Sequence record: DRR723986_1312
DNA length: 64,000 bases
Direction: 5' to 3' (one strand)
Below are positions 46,960 through 58,099 of this stretch, in pieces. Every line of letters starts with the position of its first letter. Positions within the stretch are counted from its first letter, which is position 1. Under the pieces are notes generated by a model. The model searched no databases. It had not been told where the DNA came from and worked only from the letters and a program-made list of their open reading frames with translations. Both the position numbers and the translations under genes were made by a program.

Positions 46960-49900
46960 ATGATTCATAAAATTTTACAAAAAATACTATTATTGTCCTG
47001 CGCCATGTTCTTTTGCGTCACGCTTGTAGTGGCTCAAGGGACTGTTATTACTGGAACAGTAATTTCTGAAGAAGACAACCTGGGATTACCCGGAGTGACT
47101 GTACTTGTCAAAGGTAGTACAACTGGTACTGCCACAGATATAGATGGGAAGTATCAAATTAAAGCTTCTCCGGATGATGTACTGATTTTCTCTTTTATAG
47201 GGTATGATCAGCAAGAGATTAATGTGGGTAATCAAACCCAGATCAATGTGACCTTAGGAGTTGACATGACTCAGTTGAGCGAGGTTGTGGTAATGGGCTA
47301 TGGCGAGCAAAACAGAAGAGATTTGACTGGTTCGGTGGTTTCTGTAAAATCAGAAGAACTGGCACAAACCACTCCAGTTGGCGTTCTTGACGGCATGAAG
47401 GGCCGAATGGCCGGTGTGTCCATTACTTCGAATGGCGGACCCGGTGAGCCATCCGATATCAAAATTAGAGGAACGTCCACGTTGAATGGTGGTACAGGAC
47501 CATTGTATGTTGTCGATGGGCAGCAGCTTGATAATATCGAAAACCTGAACCCAAATGACATTGCCTCTATTGAGGTACTTAAAGATGGAGCATCAGCCGC
47601 GATCTACGGTTCCAAGTCAGCCAATGGTGTCATCCTAGTCACCACAAAAAAGGGAGCTAGTGGTGAGACAAAGATTGATGCGAGTTATGTGCGTAGCTAT
47701 AGCTCTTTGGCAACCAAAATCCCCGTTTCAAATACACGTCAGGCACGAATCTATGAATTGGCAAGAGTAGGGAACAACGCCATAAACCCAGGTCCTCCTG
47801 CAGATTCGCTTTCAGCGATGTTCAATCAGGATTTTGATTATCAGGAATTGATTACTAGAGTGGGAGTTCGTGACCAGGTAGGCCTTGCTCTGAGTGGTGG
47901 TAAAGATGATGCTAATTTTTATTGGAATACAGGCTTTTTGAATCAAGACGGGATTGTTGATAACTCAGGATTTCAGCGGGTTAATACCACCTTAAATGTT
48001 AATTTCAATGTAGCGAAAAGGCTAAAAATAGGGACGCGGGTCAATGCATCTTATTTGGAGAGAAATGGTCTAAATGAAGGGTCTATTTTTGGTCAGCTCG
48101 CTACCCATTTCCCATATCTGCCTACTCAAGATGCAGATGGAACCTATGTGCCACAAACGTCAAGTCAACAAAACGTCGTTGCAGAAACTATTTTCACGGT
48201 AAGGAGAAGTAGGGATTACGTAGGGCAGATTTTTTCCTATGGGGAAATTGATATTATTCCCTCTCTAAAATTTAAGTCCACACTAGGAGTGAATTTGGAG
48301 TTGAGCAGGAATAATGATTTTGATCCTACTGTGGTGCAGCCATTAGGAAGTCCACCTGCCGGTTCAGAGATCACAAATCTAAATTATAGCCTTCAACAAG
48401 AAAATTACCTGAGCTACAAAAAGAGCTTTGGAGATCATAATTTAACTGCTGTTGCTGGGGTTCAATTTCAACAGTGGCAGTATGAGTACTCACGGTTCCG
48501 CTCAGTTAATTTCAACAATGATATTGTAAGGACTTTCAACAACGTGGCAGAATTAGATGCCTCAAATACCCGAACTACGGCTACTAGTCATGCTTTGGTT
48601 TCTCAGTTTGGTAGGGTGACTTACGATTATAAAGGCAAATACCTATTTGGCGGAACGATCCGGAGAGATGGTTCTTCCCGATTTGGTACTGCGAATCAAT
48701 ATGGCGTATTTCCGGGAGTATCTGTAGGTTGGAGAATGAGTGATGAGTCCTTCTGGGATCCAATTTCCTCAGTAGTTTCTGAATTTAAGCTGAGAGCAGG
48801 TATTTCTCAGAATGGGAATGAGAGAATCGGGAATTTTGATAGCCGCACACTTTATTCTCCAGGCTTCCTTTATAATGGATTGAATGGGATAGCTATCACC
48901 CAACTAGGTAATGAAAATCTCTCATGGGAAACCACACAGCAGTCCTATGTAGGAGCAGACTTCGGTTTCCTGGATGGTAGAATCAATGCGAGTTTTGATT
49001 ATTATGAAAAACTGACTTCAGATTTACTTTATCCTACACCACTTCCTGAGGAAACTGGCTTTAATAGCATCAGCAATAACATCGGTCAGATCAAGAATAG
49101 CGGGATAGAATTTACCATTAGTGGCGATGTATTGAAAACATCCTCCTTACAATGGTTCTCCAGTTTCAACATTGCAACTAATGTGAATGAAGTAGTAGAG
49201 CTGGCTGAAGAGAACGGTCAAATCATCAGAGGTGACTTTATCATCAGAGAAGGAGGATCCATCGGCGACATGTGGGGCTATACCGCATTGGGTGTTTTTC
49301 CTTACAACGAGTCAAATGCATTTGACGACAATGGCAATCAGTTGACCCCGATTTTCGATGAGCAGGGAGGTTTTTTAAACTATCAGCAAAACGGTCAGAC
49401 TTATACTGGTAATGTCAATCAGCTGAAAGTTCAAAACAGAGTACTCTTAGGAGGAGATGTGATGTGGAAAGATTGGAACGGTGATTTCAATATTGATCCA
49501 AATGCGGATAGAACGGTTATTGGGAATGGTTTGCCGAAGTTGTTTGGTGGGTTTTATAATGAATTCATTTTCAAGGGTATAAAGCTATCGATGATGATTG
49601 ATTACAATTTCGGTAATGACATTTACAGAAGTTATGATGAGAGTCGTAATCAGCGATTGGTACGTACCGTGGTTCCTGGGCCGGATCGTGTGGAGGAAGC
49701 GTGGTATCAGCCTGGGGATATAGCTAAATATCCAAGTTTGAATGCAAGTGGAAGTTCAAGAAACAGCTTAGGACCAAATACTTTTTGGGTGAGCCAAGCG
49801 GATTTTATAAAGCTGAGATCCTTGAGATTGGATTATTCACTTCCAGCCTCTGTCTTGGACAATGTAAGCTTTTTGTCAAATGTCTCCTTCTATGCATCGG

Positions 49901-50043
49901 GAAACAACCTACTTACTTGGACGAATTATGAGGGATACAACGCCGAATTGGGGTCAAGAGGAAATGCACTTCAGCCTGGTTTGGATAATCTAAGATACCC
50001 TCTTTACCGAGAGTATATCCTGGGTGTAAACATCAAATTTTAA
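46960..50043 (+). CDS. susC: SusC/RagA family TonB-dependent transporter
   Basis: LPGVTVLVKG, EVVVMGYG, PLYVVDG, IEVLKDGASAAIYGSKSANGVILVTTKKG, RRDGSSRFG and a C-terminal Phe. Confidence 0.97.
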   Translation: MIHKILQKILLLSCAMFFCVTLVVAQGTVITGTVISEEDNLGLPGVTVLVKGSTTGTATDIDGKYQIKASPDDVLIFSFIGYDQQEINVGNQTQINVTLGVDMTQLSEVVVMGYGEQNRRDLTGSVVSVKSEELAQTTPVGVLDGMKGRMAGVSITSNGGPGEPSDIKIRGTSTLNGGTGPLYVVDGQQLDNIENLNPNDIASIEVLKDGASAAIYGSKSANGVILVTTKKGASGETKIDASYVRSYSSLATKIPVSNTRQARIYELARVGNNAINPGPPADSLSAMFNQDFDYQELITRVGVRDQVGLALSGGKDDANFYWNTGFLNQDGIVDNSGFQRVNTTLNVNFNVAKRLKIGTRVNASYLERNGLNEGSIFGQLATHFPYLPTQDADGTYVPQTSSQQNVVAETIFTVRRSRDYVGQIFSYGEIDIIPSLKFKSTLGVNLELSRNNDFDPTVVQPLGSPPAGSEITNLNYSLQQENYLSYKKSFGDHNLTAVAGVQFQQWQYEYSRFRSVNFNNDIVRTFNNVAELDASNTRTTATSHALVSQFGRVTYDYKGKYLFGGTIRRDGSSRFGTANQYGVFPGVSVGWRMSDESFWDPISSVVSEFKLRAGISQNGNERIGNFDSRTLYSPGFLYNGLNGIAITQLGNENLSWETTQQSYVGADFGFLDGRINASFDYYEKLTSDLLYPTPLPEETGFNSISNNIGQIKNSGIEFTISGDVLKTSSLQWFSSFNIATNVNEVVELAEENGQIIRGDFIIREGGSIGDMWGYTALGVFPYNESNAFDDNGNQLTPIFDEQGGFLNYQQNGQTYTGNVNQLKVQNRVLLGGDVMWKDWNGDFNIDPNADRTVIGNGLPKLFGGFYNEFIFKGIKLSMMIDYNFGNDIYRSYDESRNQRLVRTVVPGPDRVEEAWYQPGDIAKYPSLNASGSSRNSLGPNTFWVSQADFIKLRSLRLDYSLPASVLDNVSFLSNVSFYASGNNLLTWTNYEGYNAELGSRGNALQPGLDNLRYPLYREYILGVNIKF

Positions 50044-50078
50044 GCGTCTTAGTTTTAAAAATAAGGAACAGATTTATT

Positions 50079-50175
50079 ATGAAATCGAGCATTACTGAAA
50101 AGCCATTGACTGGCATAATTATCAGGACTGCGAGATTCCATATGGCCTTTACAAGAAAAATTATAATCATATGAA
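50079..50175 (+). repeat. Duplicated structured leader, copy 1 (hairpin plus 31-codon uORF overlapping the susD start)
   Basis: 77/97 identical and gapless to 51679-51775, with covarying stem positions. Confidence 0.85.
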
Positions 50176-51661
50176 TAGTATAAATAAAACAAACTTAGGA
50201 CTGCTTTTGGCAATTTCTATGGTGGTCTTACCCGGTTGCGATAGTATGCTGGAGGAGAATCCTCAAAGTGAAATTTCTGATGCCCAGTTTTGGCAGACGG
50301 AAGCTGATGCTCAGTCTGGTGTCGCGGGTATTTATGATGCTATGCAAGAAGCGTATTCTCGTAAGTATTTTGTTTGGGGTGAATTAAGATCAGATAATTT
50401 CTCCGCATCTCCGGCTGGAGAAAACCCTGAAGCACTTCAGCTTACAACCAATAATCTTAACGATCAAAGCCGAAATTACGGGGGATGGGGAGACATGTAT
50501 AATGTGCTTTTGAGAGCTAACCTAGCGATCAATAACATTCCTAATATTTCTGGTGATGTCAATGGGCTTTTAGGGCAGGCACATGCTTTAAGGGCTTTCG
50601 TTTACTTCGACCTTGTACGGACCTTTGGTGATGTGCCCTTATATCTGGACGTGATCACAGGAGTGAGTGACGATATCTATCGGCCAAAAACGTCAGGAGA
50701 TGAGATCATGAATAGTTTGATTATCCCTGACATGCTAAAGGCGGAGGAGCTAATCCTTAATCCTCATGAAAAATCAAGATTTTCACTATCAAGTGTATAC
50801 AGTTTGCAGGCTGAAGTATACATGCATTTAAAGGAATATGCGCTAGCTAAAGAAGCGCTGGATAAGTTGGATGATTTAAAGCAATTTACCCTAGTGAACA
50901 CGGCCGAAGACTTTCACGCCCTTTTTCGCAATGAACCGGATAGATCTGGTATCCCGACTAACCAAATGGAAACAGGACCAGAATTGATATTCTCAATCGT
51001 CTTGAATATTGAGGAAGATCAAGGGGCAGGTGGTATCTATAGTTTATTTTGGCCTGGTGTTCCCGCATATTTTATTTCAGAGCATCTTGAAAATAAGTGG
51101 ATCGAAACATTTCCTACAGATTCTATTTCCTGGCATTCCAAATATCCAGACTATACTCCCAAAACTGTAGATGAAAATACTGGACAGACGATTTATGGTG
51201 ACTATCATAGATATGTACAACTGATCGAGTCTGTTAAAGATATCGGTGAGCGAAGATATGGGAAGTACAATCTGACAAACTACTCTGGAAATGAAGATGA
51301 TACAGATGTAGTTGTGTATAGATATGCAGGGATGGTTCTACTCAAAGCCGAAGCTGAACTTCAATTAGGTAATCTGGAAGAAGCAGCAAATCTGGTCAAT
51401 AGAGTGAGGCAAGCAAGGGATCTTCCAGGTATTCAGCTGGCAGACTATGCAACCAGTGAAGAATTGCTGAATGTAGTCTTGGATGAGCGTCAGTTCGAGT
51501 TGTTGGCTGAAGGGAAAAGATGGTGGGACCTTATTCGTAATGATAAAGCGGTCGAAGTAATGGCACCAATCAATGGGCAAGGTGCTGATAGATTATTGTT
51601 TCCGATCTGGTTTCAGCATTTGGTAGATAACCCAAATTTAACTCAGACTACTGGTTATTAA
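50171..51661 (+). CDS. susD: SusD/RagB family lipoprotein
   Basis: Lipobox LPGC, GQAHALRAFVYFDLVRTFGDVPL, RYAGMVLLKAE and ERQFELLAEGKRWWDLIR. Confidence 0.95.
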   Translation: MNSINKTNLGLLLAISMVVLPGCDSMLEENPQSEISDAQFWQTEADAQSGVAGIYDAMQEAYSRKYFVWGELRSDNFSASPAGENPEALQLTTNNLNDQSRNYGGWGDMYNVLLRANLAINNIPNISGDVNGLLGQAHALRAFVYFDLVRTFGDVPLYLDVITGVSDDIYRPKTSGDEIMNSLIIPDMLKAEELILNPHEKSRFSLSSVYSLQAEVYMHLKEYALAKEALDKLDDLKQFTLVNTAEDFHALFRNEPDRSGIPTNQMETGPELIFSIVLNIEEDQGAGGIYSLFWPGVPAYFISEHLENKWIETFPTDSISWHSKYPDYTPKTVDENTGQTIYGDYHRYVQLIESVKDIGERRYGKYNLTNYSGNEDDTDVVVYRYAGMVLLKAEAELQLGNLEEAANLVNRVRQARDLPGIQLADYATSEELLNVVLDERQFELLAEGKRWWDLIRNDKAVEVMAPINGQGADRLLFPIWFQHLVDNPNLTQTTGY

Positions 51662-51678
51662 TTTAAATGAACTTACAG

Positions 51679-51775
51679 ATGAAATCGAGCATGACTCAAA
51701 CGTCACACACTGACATTATTATTGGCCATGTGAGATTCCATATGACCTCTAAAAAAATAATTATAATCATATGAA
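51679..51775 (+). repeat. Duplicated structured leader, copy 2 (in front of the fasciclin lipoprotein)
   Basis: Exactly 1600 bp after copy 1, with the same hairpin and the same ATGA overlap with the downstream start. Confidence 0.85.
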
Positions 51776-52460
51776 AGTATATATAAATAAGGCAAGTAAA
51801 CTATTGATTGCAGCTGTTGTCGCTTTTGCCACATTCAGTTGTGATCTGGAATTGCAAAAGGAATGGGAGTACGTGCCGGAGCCTTTTGGAAATAAGCCTA
51901 CAGGAATGTCAGCTCTAGAATGGCTGGAGATGATAAATAGCGATCCTACCTACCAGGATGCCAACGGACTTCCAGAATTTAATTACTTGCTAGAAGCAAT
52001 TGCTCGAACAGGATTGGAAGATTTGTATTTAGGGCAGGACACTACCACGACTTATCTCTTATTAAGAAACAGTGCTTGGAATGGAAATAATCAGCTGATA
52101 CAGAACATGGCAGGTAATAGAGATTATCCGCTTGACTCGATCAGCAATGAGAGGCTTGAGCATGTTCTGAGATACCACATTATTGATGAGTATTTGTCTC
52201 AACCTGCCATACCTAAAAACGATTTCTTCTTGTACTACCAGACCTTAATACCGGGTGATTCGGGCTCGATAGAGATTAATAAGCGATTGTTTGATCAATC
52301 TATCCGTATCAATACCAGCATTGCTAGGATAGGTTCTCCATCCACACCTTCCAATATGCCGAGCACATCTAGAGGTACGGTGGTGAATCTTCATAATTTC
52401 ATTTTCACCAATGGAATTGGGCATCAGCTGAACAGTTACGTGAGGTATCAACCGTTCTAA
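51771..52460 (+). CDS. Fasciclin (FAS1)-like lipoprotein in the SusE/surface-glycan-binding position
   Basis: Lipobox TFSC, FNYLLEAIARTGL, TYLLLRNSAW, VLRYHII and TNGIGHQL. Confidence 0.75.
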   Translation: MKVYINKASKLLIAAVVAFATFSCDLELQKEWEYVPEPFGNKPTGMSALEWLEMINSDPTYQDANGLPEFNYLLEAIARTGLEDLYLGQDTTTTYLLLRNSAWNGNNQLIQNMAGNRDYPLDSISNERLEHVLRYHIIDEYLSQPAIPKNDFFLYYQTLIPGDSGSIEINKRLFDQSIRINTSIARIGSPSTPSNMPSTSRGTVVNLHNFIFTNGIGHQLNSYVRYQPF

Positions 52461-52477
52461 TTTTAAAATAAACAAGG

Positions 52478-52516
52478 AAGAAGTAAGTCTACTAATGCTT
52501 GCTTCTTTCTGTTTTC
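52478..52516 (+). terminator. Hairpin/terminator between the transport module and the enzyme genes
   Basis: AAGAAGTAAGT/GCTTGCTTCTT stem with a T-rich tail. Confidence 0.55.
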
Positions 52517-52669
52517 TACAAACCGATCCGAAATAATCACTGAAGATTTAAAGCTATTTAGAATACACTAGGGTACAGGATAGTAGTTTAATTCTTAAAA
52601 TCTAATTTGAATTTCCATTTCAAAAGTGGATCAAAATTTCCCTACATAAATTAAAATTCACCCAAATTA

Positions 52670-55600
52670 ATGAACAAGTTTATAGCAGTAGTTTGCTTTT
52701 TATATATTCCCTTCAATGCAACAAAACTTCTCGCTCAGGAGTCAAAATCAGCCTCGGATAAACCAAATATTATTTTCATTCTAACTGATGATCAGCGCTT
52801 TGATGCATTAGGATATGCGGGAAATAAATTTGTCCAGACACCGGAAATGGATAAGCTTGCCGAAACGGGAGTCTATTTCGAAACTGCCATAGTCACTACG
52901 CCCATCTGCGCGGCAAGTAGAGCCAGTTTGTTCACCGGGCTTTACGAGCGATCACATAATTTCAATTTCCAGACAGGTAACATCCGGTCAGAATACATGG
53001 AAAACTCCTATCCAACAGTTCTAAAAAACCATGGATATTATACGGCGTTTTATGGCAAGTATGGCGTGCGATACGATGATCTGGACAAACAATTCGATGA
53101 GTATGAGTCATATGACCGTAACAATCAATATCCTGACAAAAGAGGGTATTTCTACAAAACCATCGATGGAGACACAGTTCACCTGACCCGATATACCGGG
53201 CAACAGGCACTGGATTTTATCGATAAGGCTCCTTCAGATCAACCTTTTAGTTTATCATTGAGCTTCAGTGCTCCTCATGCACACGATGGTGCTCCTGATC
53301 AGTATTTTTGGCAATCCACCACAGATCAATTGCTTCAGAATACCACTATTCCAGGTCCTGTACTCGGAGAGGATAAGTATTTTCAAGCGCAACCGCAGTT
53401 TGTACGCGACGGGTTTAACCGCCTAAGATGGACATGGAGGTATGATACGGAAGAAAAGTATCAGCATAGCCTGAAAGGATATTATAGAATGATTTCGGGT
53501 ATTGACCTGGAGATCGCCAAGATTCGTCAGAAACTAGCCGAAAAGGGACTAGACAAGAACACAGTAATTATCGTAATGGGGGATAATGGCTACTTTCTAG
53601 GTGAGCGTCAACTTGCAGGAAAATGGCTGATGTATGATAATTCCATTCGTGTTCCTTTGATTATTTATGATCCGCGTGTAGGTAGCCATCAAGATGTAAA
53701 AGACATGGTGCTCAATATTGACGTGCCGGCAACTATAGCTGATTTGGCGGGTGTTGAAGCTCCGGAGAGTTGGCATGGAAAGAGTTTGATGCCGATCGTG
53801 ACCGGACAAGATCAAGAAATTGGTAGAGACACGGTATTGATAGAGCATATTTGGGAATTCGATGAAATACCACCAAGTGAAGGAGTGCGCACCGAGGAAT
53901 GGAAATATTTCCGCTATGTCAATGACAAAAAGGTGGAAGAACTTTATCACCTAAAAGATGATCCTCAGGAGGTTAATAACCTTATCAATGATCCAAAGTA
54001 TAAGGACATTGCTAGAAACCTTCGAGCCAAAACGGATGAGTTGATCACTAAATTCAGTAATAAATACAGAGCTGCGCCATCTAATCTGACCGTTGAGCTC
54101 ATTAGGGATCCTCAAAATGCTGTAACGATTTTGGATACCAAACCTGAATTTGGCTGGCAGATATCGGAATTTTCCAAAACTCAGTCTGCCTACCAAATCC
54201 TAGTCAGTTCCAGTGAAGAGCTGATTAATTTGAATTCAGGCGATGTATGGAATAGCGCTCAGGTGAGATCCAGCAGTTCTTCCAATGTAGAATACAAGGG
54301 AGAGACTTTGGAAGTAGGGAAAAGCTACTATTGGAAAGTGAGGATATGGGATGAGGAAAATCGAGTGGTGGATTATTCAAAGGCTCAGAAATTCACCGTG
54401 GGTGAAAGTGAGAATAAGATGATTTCTACTGCCAATATTCAGGATGTAAGTAGAATTAAACCTCGGGTTTTTGAGAAAAAAGGGGATACTTATTTCATGG
54501 ATTTTGGCAAAGCAGCGTTTGCTACTATTGAGTTCAATTATAAAACGGATAAGGCGGAGACTCTGATTTTTAGAATAGGAGAAATGGCTGATGGCGAAGC
54601 TGTCAACAGAACTCCTCCCGCAAAGAGCCACATTCGCTATCAGGAAATCGCAGTAGAGGTAAAACCAGGTCAAACAACCTATCAATTGCCTATACAAAAA
54701 GACGAAAGAAATACGCTTCCGGGAGTGGCGCTGCCTTTACCTGAAGGAACTCCTGTTTTGATGCCTTTTAGATATGCTGAGGTAGAAGGAGCAAGCGGGA
54801 ATTTAGTAGGTGATGACTTTATCCAACTTGCTTACCATACCTATTTTGATGATAAAGCAAGTGCTTTTGAGAGTTCTGATTCTATTTTAAATCAAGTTTG
54901 GGAGCTGTGTAAATACACCATCAAAGCGACCACTTTCAATGGGCTTTACGTGGATGGGGATCGGGAGAGAATTCCTTATGAATCAGACGCGTACTTAAAT
55001 CAGCTGAGTCATTATACTACGGATGCTGAATATGCCATGGCCAGAAGGACGATAGAGTATTTTATGGAGCATCCTACCTGGCCTACAGAGTGGCAGCAAC
55101 ACGTTGCACTGATGTTCTATGCGGACTATATGTACACGGGTAATACGGAATTGATCGAGAAATACTATGAGCCATTGAAGTATAAAACACTTTATGAGTT
55201 GGCAAATGAGGATGGACTGATCACTTCTACCAAGGTAGATCATGACTACATGTTGAAGCTGGGTTTTGAGGAGGATTATAAAAAGCCACTTACGGATATT
55301 GTGGATTGGCCACCGGCAAAATTTAATGGAGCGGTTACTATGGGAGAGCAGGACAACTTTGTTTTCAAGCCCTATAATACCGTGATCAATGCCTTCTACT
55401 ATGAAAACATGAGAATCATGGCTGAATTTGCCAAGATCATGGGCAAATCTCAAGAAGCTCTAGAATTTGAATACCGGGCTGCCAAGGTGAAGAAATCGCT
55501 CAATGAGCAAATGTTTGATTCTGAGCGTGGAGTTTATGTAGATGGAATCGATACAGATCATGCTTCCTTGCATGCCAACATGATGCCCCTGGCTTTTGGG

Positions 55601-56194
55601 CTGGTGCCAGAGGAGCATAAGGAGTCAGTCGTGGAATTTATCAAATCCCGTGGAATGGCCTGTAGTGTTTATGGTTCCCAATATCTGATGGATGGACTTT
55701 ACCGGGCAGGGGAGCAGGATTATGCTTTATCACTATTGGTGGATACCAGCGATAGAAGTTGGTACAATATGATAAAACTGGGATCAACGATAACTCTGGA
55801 AGCCTGGGATAACAAATACAAAAATAACTTGGATTGGAATCATCCTTGGGGAGCTGTTCCGGCCAATGTAATCCCGAGAGGTTTATGGGGAATACAGCCT
55901 AAAACCCCTGGATTTGGTATTGCACAGATTCAGCCTCAAATGAGCACGCTCAAATCCAGTTCTATCGAGGTTCCAACTGTTTTGGGTTCGATCAAGGCGA
56001 ACTATGTCTTCAACAATGCAAGGCTACAGACCTATGAGATAGAAATACCGGCAAATATGGTAGCTGAATTTTCTTTAACTGAAATGGACGGAAAAGATGT
56101 AATCCATAATGGGCAGAAAGTAGCCACAGCGTTTGGTACGATAAGGCTAGAACCTGGTACACATACTATTCTGTTGAAAGTCAATTCTTTCTGA
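52670..56194 (+). CDS. Bifunctional S1 sulfatase / GH78 alpha-L-rhamnosidase
   Basis: [13 protein letters not shown] with FGly motif CAASR, then YQILV...[25 protein letters not shown] and WNHPWG. From recall, it closely resembles Formosa agariphila ulvan PUL protein P36 (S1_25-GH78). Confidence 0.92.
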   Translation: MNKFIAVVCFLYIPFNATKLLAQESKSASDKPNIIFILTDDQRFDALGYAGNKFVQTPEMDKLAETGVYFETAIVTTPICAASRASLFTGLYERSHNFNFQTGNIRSEYMENSYPTVLKNHGYYTAFYGKYGVRYDDLDKQFDEYESYDRNNQYPDKRGYFYKTIDGDTVHLTRYTGQQALDFIDKAPSDQPFSLSLSFSAPHAHDGAPDQYFWQSTTDQLLQNTTIPGPVLGEDKYFQAQPQFVRDGFNRLRWTWRYDTEEKYQHSLKGYYRMISGIDLEIAKIRQKLAEKGLDKNTVIIVMGDNGYFLGERQLAGKWLMYDNSIRVPLIIYDPRVGSHQDVKDMVLNIDVPATIADLAGVEAPESWHGKSLMPIVTGQDQEIGRDTVLIEHIWEFDEIPPSEGVRTEEWKYFRYVNDKKVEELYHLKDDPQEVNNLINDPKYKDIARNLRAKTDELITKFSNKYRAAPSNLTVELIRDPQNAVTILDTKPEFGWQISEFSKTQSAYQILVSSSEELINLNSGDVWNSAQVRSSSSSNVEYKGETLEVGKSYYWKVRIWDEENRVVDYSKAQKFTVGESENKMISTANIQDVSRIKPRVFEKKGDTYFMDFGKAAFATIEFNYKTDKAETLIFRIGEMADGEAVNRTPPAKSHIRYQEIAVEVKPGQTTYQLPIQKDERNTLPGVALPLPEGTPVLMPFRYAEVEGASGNLVGDDFIQLAYHTYFDDKASAFESSDSILNQVWELCKYTIKATTFNGLYVDGDRERIPYESDAYLNQLSHYTTDAEYAMARRTIEYFMEHPTWPTEWQQHVALMFYADYMYTGNTELIEKYYEPLKYKTLYELANEDGLITSTKVDHDYMLKLGFEEDYKKPLTDIVDWPPAKFNGAVTMGEQDNFVFKPYNTVINAFYYENMRIMAEFAKIMGKSQEALEFEYRAAKVKKSLNEQMFDSERGVYVDGIDTDHASLHANMMPLAFGLVPEEHKESVVEFIKSRGMACSVYGSQYLMDGLYRAGEQDYALSLLVDTSDRSWYNMIKLGSTITLEAWDNKYKNNLDWNHPWGAVPANVIPRGLWGIQPKTPGFGIAQIQPQMSTLKSSSIEVPTVLGSIKANYVFNNARLQTYEIEIPANMVAEFSLTEMDGKDVIHNGQKVATAFGTIRLEPGTHTILLKVNSF

Positions 56195-56293
56195 TTAGTG
56201 GTAAGAGTGTATTAATCTTAATAGTTAGTTTATTGTTCTTGTCATTTTACAGAAAAAATTAAGCTTTCAAAAACCATTACATCAATAAGCCCT

Positions 56294-58060
56294 GTGAAAA
56301 ATTATCTTATCAATTACCTTAAATACTACGCAGTCAAAAATCATATTTTGGTTTTGCTTGCCATGCTGTTTGCATACGGATGTACCAGTAAAGGATCCGC
56401 TCTCGAAGCAAATGAATCTGAATATTCTCTCCCTGATCGCCCCAATATTTTATGGTTGGTGACCGAAGATATGGGAGCCTATATCCCGGCTTTTGGAGAT
56501 TCAAGTGCCATTACGCCAAATTTGAATCGTCTAGCTAGAGAGGGAGTCATATACACCAATTTGTACTCCACTTCAGGAGTCTGCGCACCTAGTAGAGCCG
56601 CAATAGCCACTGGCATGTATCCTTCTAGTATAGGAGCCAATCATATGCGAACTGATTCTTATACCGAAGTGACTGGACTTCCAAAATATGAAGCTGTTCC
56701 TGGGCCCGAAGTGAAGATGGTCAGTGAGCTGCTTCGAGAGAAAGGATATTACACAAGTAATAATTACAAAGAAGACTATCAGTTTAAAGCACCTGTCACA
56801 GCCTGGGACGAAAGTGGGCCTTATGCACATTGGAGAAATAGAGCTGAAGACCAGCCGTTTTATTCAATTTTTAACTTTACCACTACGCACGAGTCGGGTC
56901 TTTTCGAACCTTATGGTTTCCGAAATATAGAAATGAGGCATTACCACTCAGGAGATACCACATATAAATGGGAACCGGGTAATATGACGGAAGCGGAAAC
57001 GCCTGTTCATGTTTCCAAAGACCAAGAATTTGCGGTTCCTCCCTACCTCCCAAATACTCCCATAGTGCAACGGGATATGTGGAAGCTCTACAATAATATT
57101 TCTGAAATGGATAGGCAGTTGGGAGCAATACTGGCTCAATTGGAAGAGGATGGATTGCTGGAAAATACCATTATCGTATTCTATGGAGATCATGGTGGGC
57201 CACTGCCCCGGGAGAAACGTTTGATTTACGATTCAGGGCTAAATACACCCATGATCATCCGATATCCTAATTCTTGGAGAGCTGGATCCTCAGATGATCA
57301 GCTGATTAGTTTTGTGGATTTTGCACCGACCCTCCTTTCATTGATTGGTGAAAAACCACTGGATTACATGCAAGGACAGGCTTTTTTGGGTGATTTCCAG
57401 GCTCAAGAAAAGCGTGAATACATACATGGTGCTGCTGATCGCTTTGACGAAGTTACTGATGCCATCCGGACAGTCCGTGATAAGCAATTCAAATACATCA
57501 GAAACTATCGCCCGAACCAAGGGTATTATTTGCCTTTGACTTATAGAGAGCAAATCCCAACGATGCAGGAACTTTTACGGATGAATGAATCCAGAGAACT
57601 GAATGCAAGTCAGGCCCAATGGTTTCGAAAGTCCAAGCCAAAGGAAGAATTATATGATTGTGAAGCAGATCCTTACGAGCTGAATAATCTTGCAGAAGAT
57701 CCTAACTATCAAGAAAAACTCAAGGAATTGAGCAATGAGATGGATCGCTGGCTCACGGATATTGGTGACAGACCTAATTTACCTGAGCAGGAATTAATAA
57801 AAAGACTTTGGTCAGGCGCAAGTAGCAAGCCTACTACAGCTGATCCCAAGATTAAGATCACTAATGGGAAAATTGAAATTCAATCTGCTACTGAAGGAGC
57901 TTCTATAGGATATAAGTTTATCAATTCCGACGGTGAACAATCACCAACTTGGAGTATATACCAAGAGCCTATTGGTATAGAAGAGGTAGAAAGCATCTGG
58001 GTAAAAGCCCATAGAATAGGATACAATTCCAGCCAGGTTATCAAACAAAATTTAAACTAG
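56294..58060 (+). CDS. S1 family sulfatase lipoprotein (S1_8-like) with a C-terminal Fn3-associated domain
   Basis: Lipobox AYGC, RPNILWLVTED, CAPSR, GDHG and EELYD..DPYELNNLA. GTG start is uncertain. Confidence 0.92.
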   Translation: MKNYLINYLKYYAVKNHILVLLAMLFAYGCTSKGSALEANESEYSLPDRPNILWLVTEDMGAYIPAFGDSSAITPNLNRLAREGVIYTNLYSTSGVCAPSRAAIATGMYPSSIGANHMRTDSYTEVTGLPKYEAVPGPEVKMVSELLREKGYYTSNNYKEDYQFKAPVTAWDESGPYAHWRNRAEDQPFYSIFNFTTTHESGLFEPYGFRNIEMRHYHSGDTTYKWEPGNMTEAETPVHVSKDQEFAVPPYLPNTPIVQRDMWKLYNNISEMDRQLGAILAQLEEDGLLENTIIVFYGDHGGPLPREKRLIYDSGLNTPMIIRYPNSWRAGSSDDQLISFVDFAPTLLSLIGEKPLDYMQGQAFLGDFQAQEKREYIHGAADRFDEVTDAIRTVRDKQFKYIRNYRPNQGYYLPLTYREQIPTMQELLRMNESRELNASQAQWFRKSKPKEELYDCEADPYELNNLAEDPNYQEKLKELSNEMDRWLTDIGDRPNLPEQELIKRLWSGASSKPTTADPKIKITNGKIEIQSATEGASIGYKFINSDGEQSPTWSIYQEPIGIEEVESIWVKAHRIGYNSSQVIKQNLN

Positions 58061-58099
58061 GCATTCTGATCAAACCTCAATTAGACAAATTCGACTGAA

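Noticed and set aside
50079-51775. Duplicated leader or other repeats as a CRISPR array or IS ends
   Set aside because: There are only two copies separated by a full gene, with no regular repeat-spacer periodicity, cas gene or transposase in the window.
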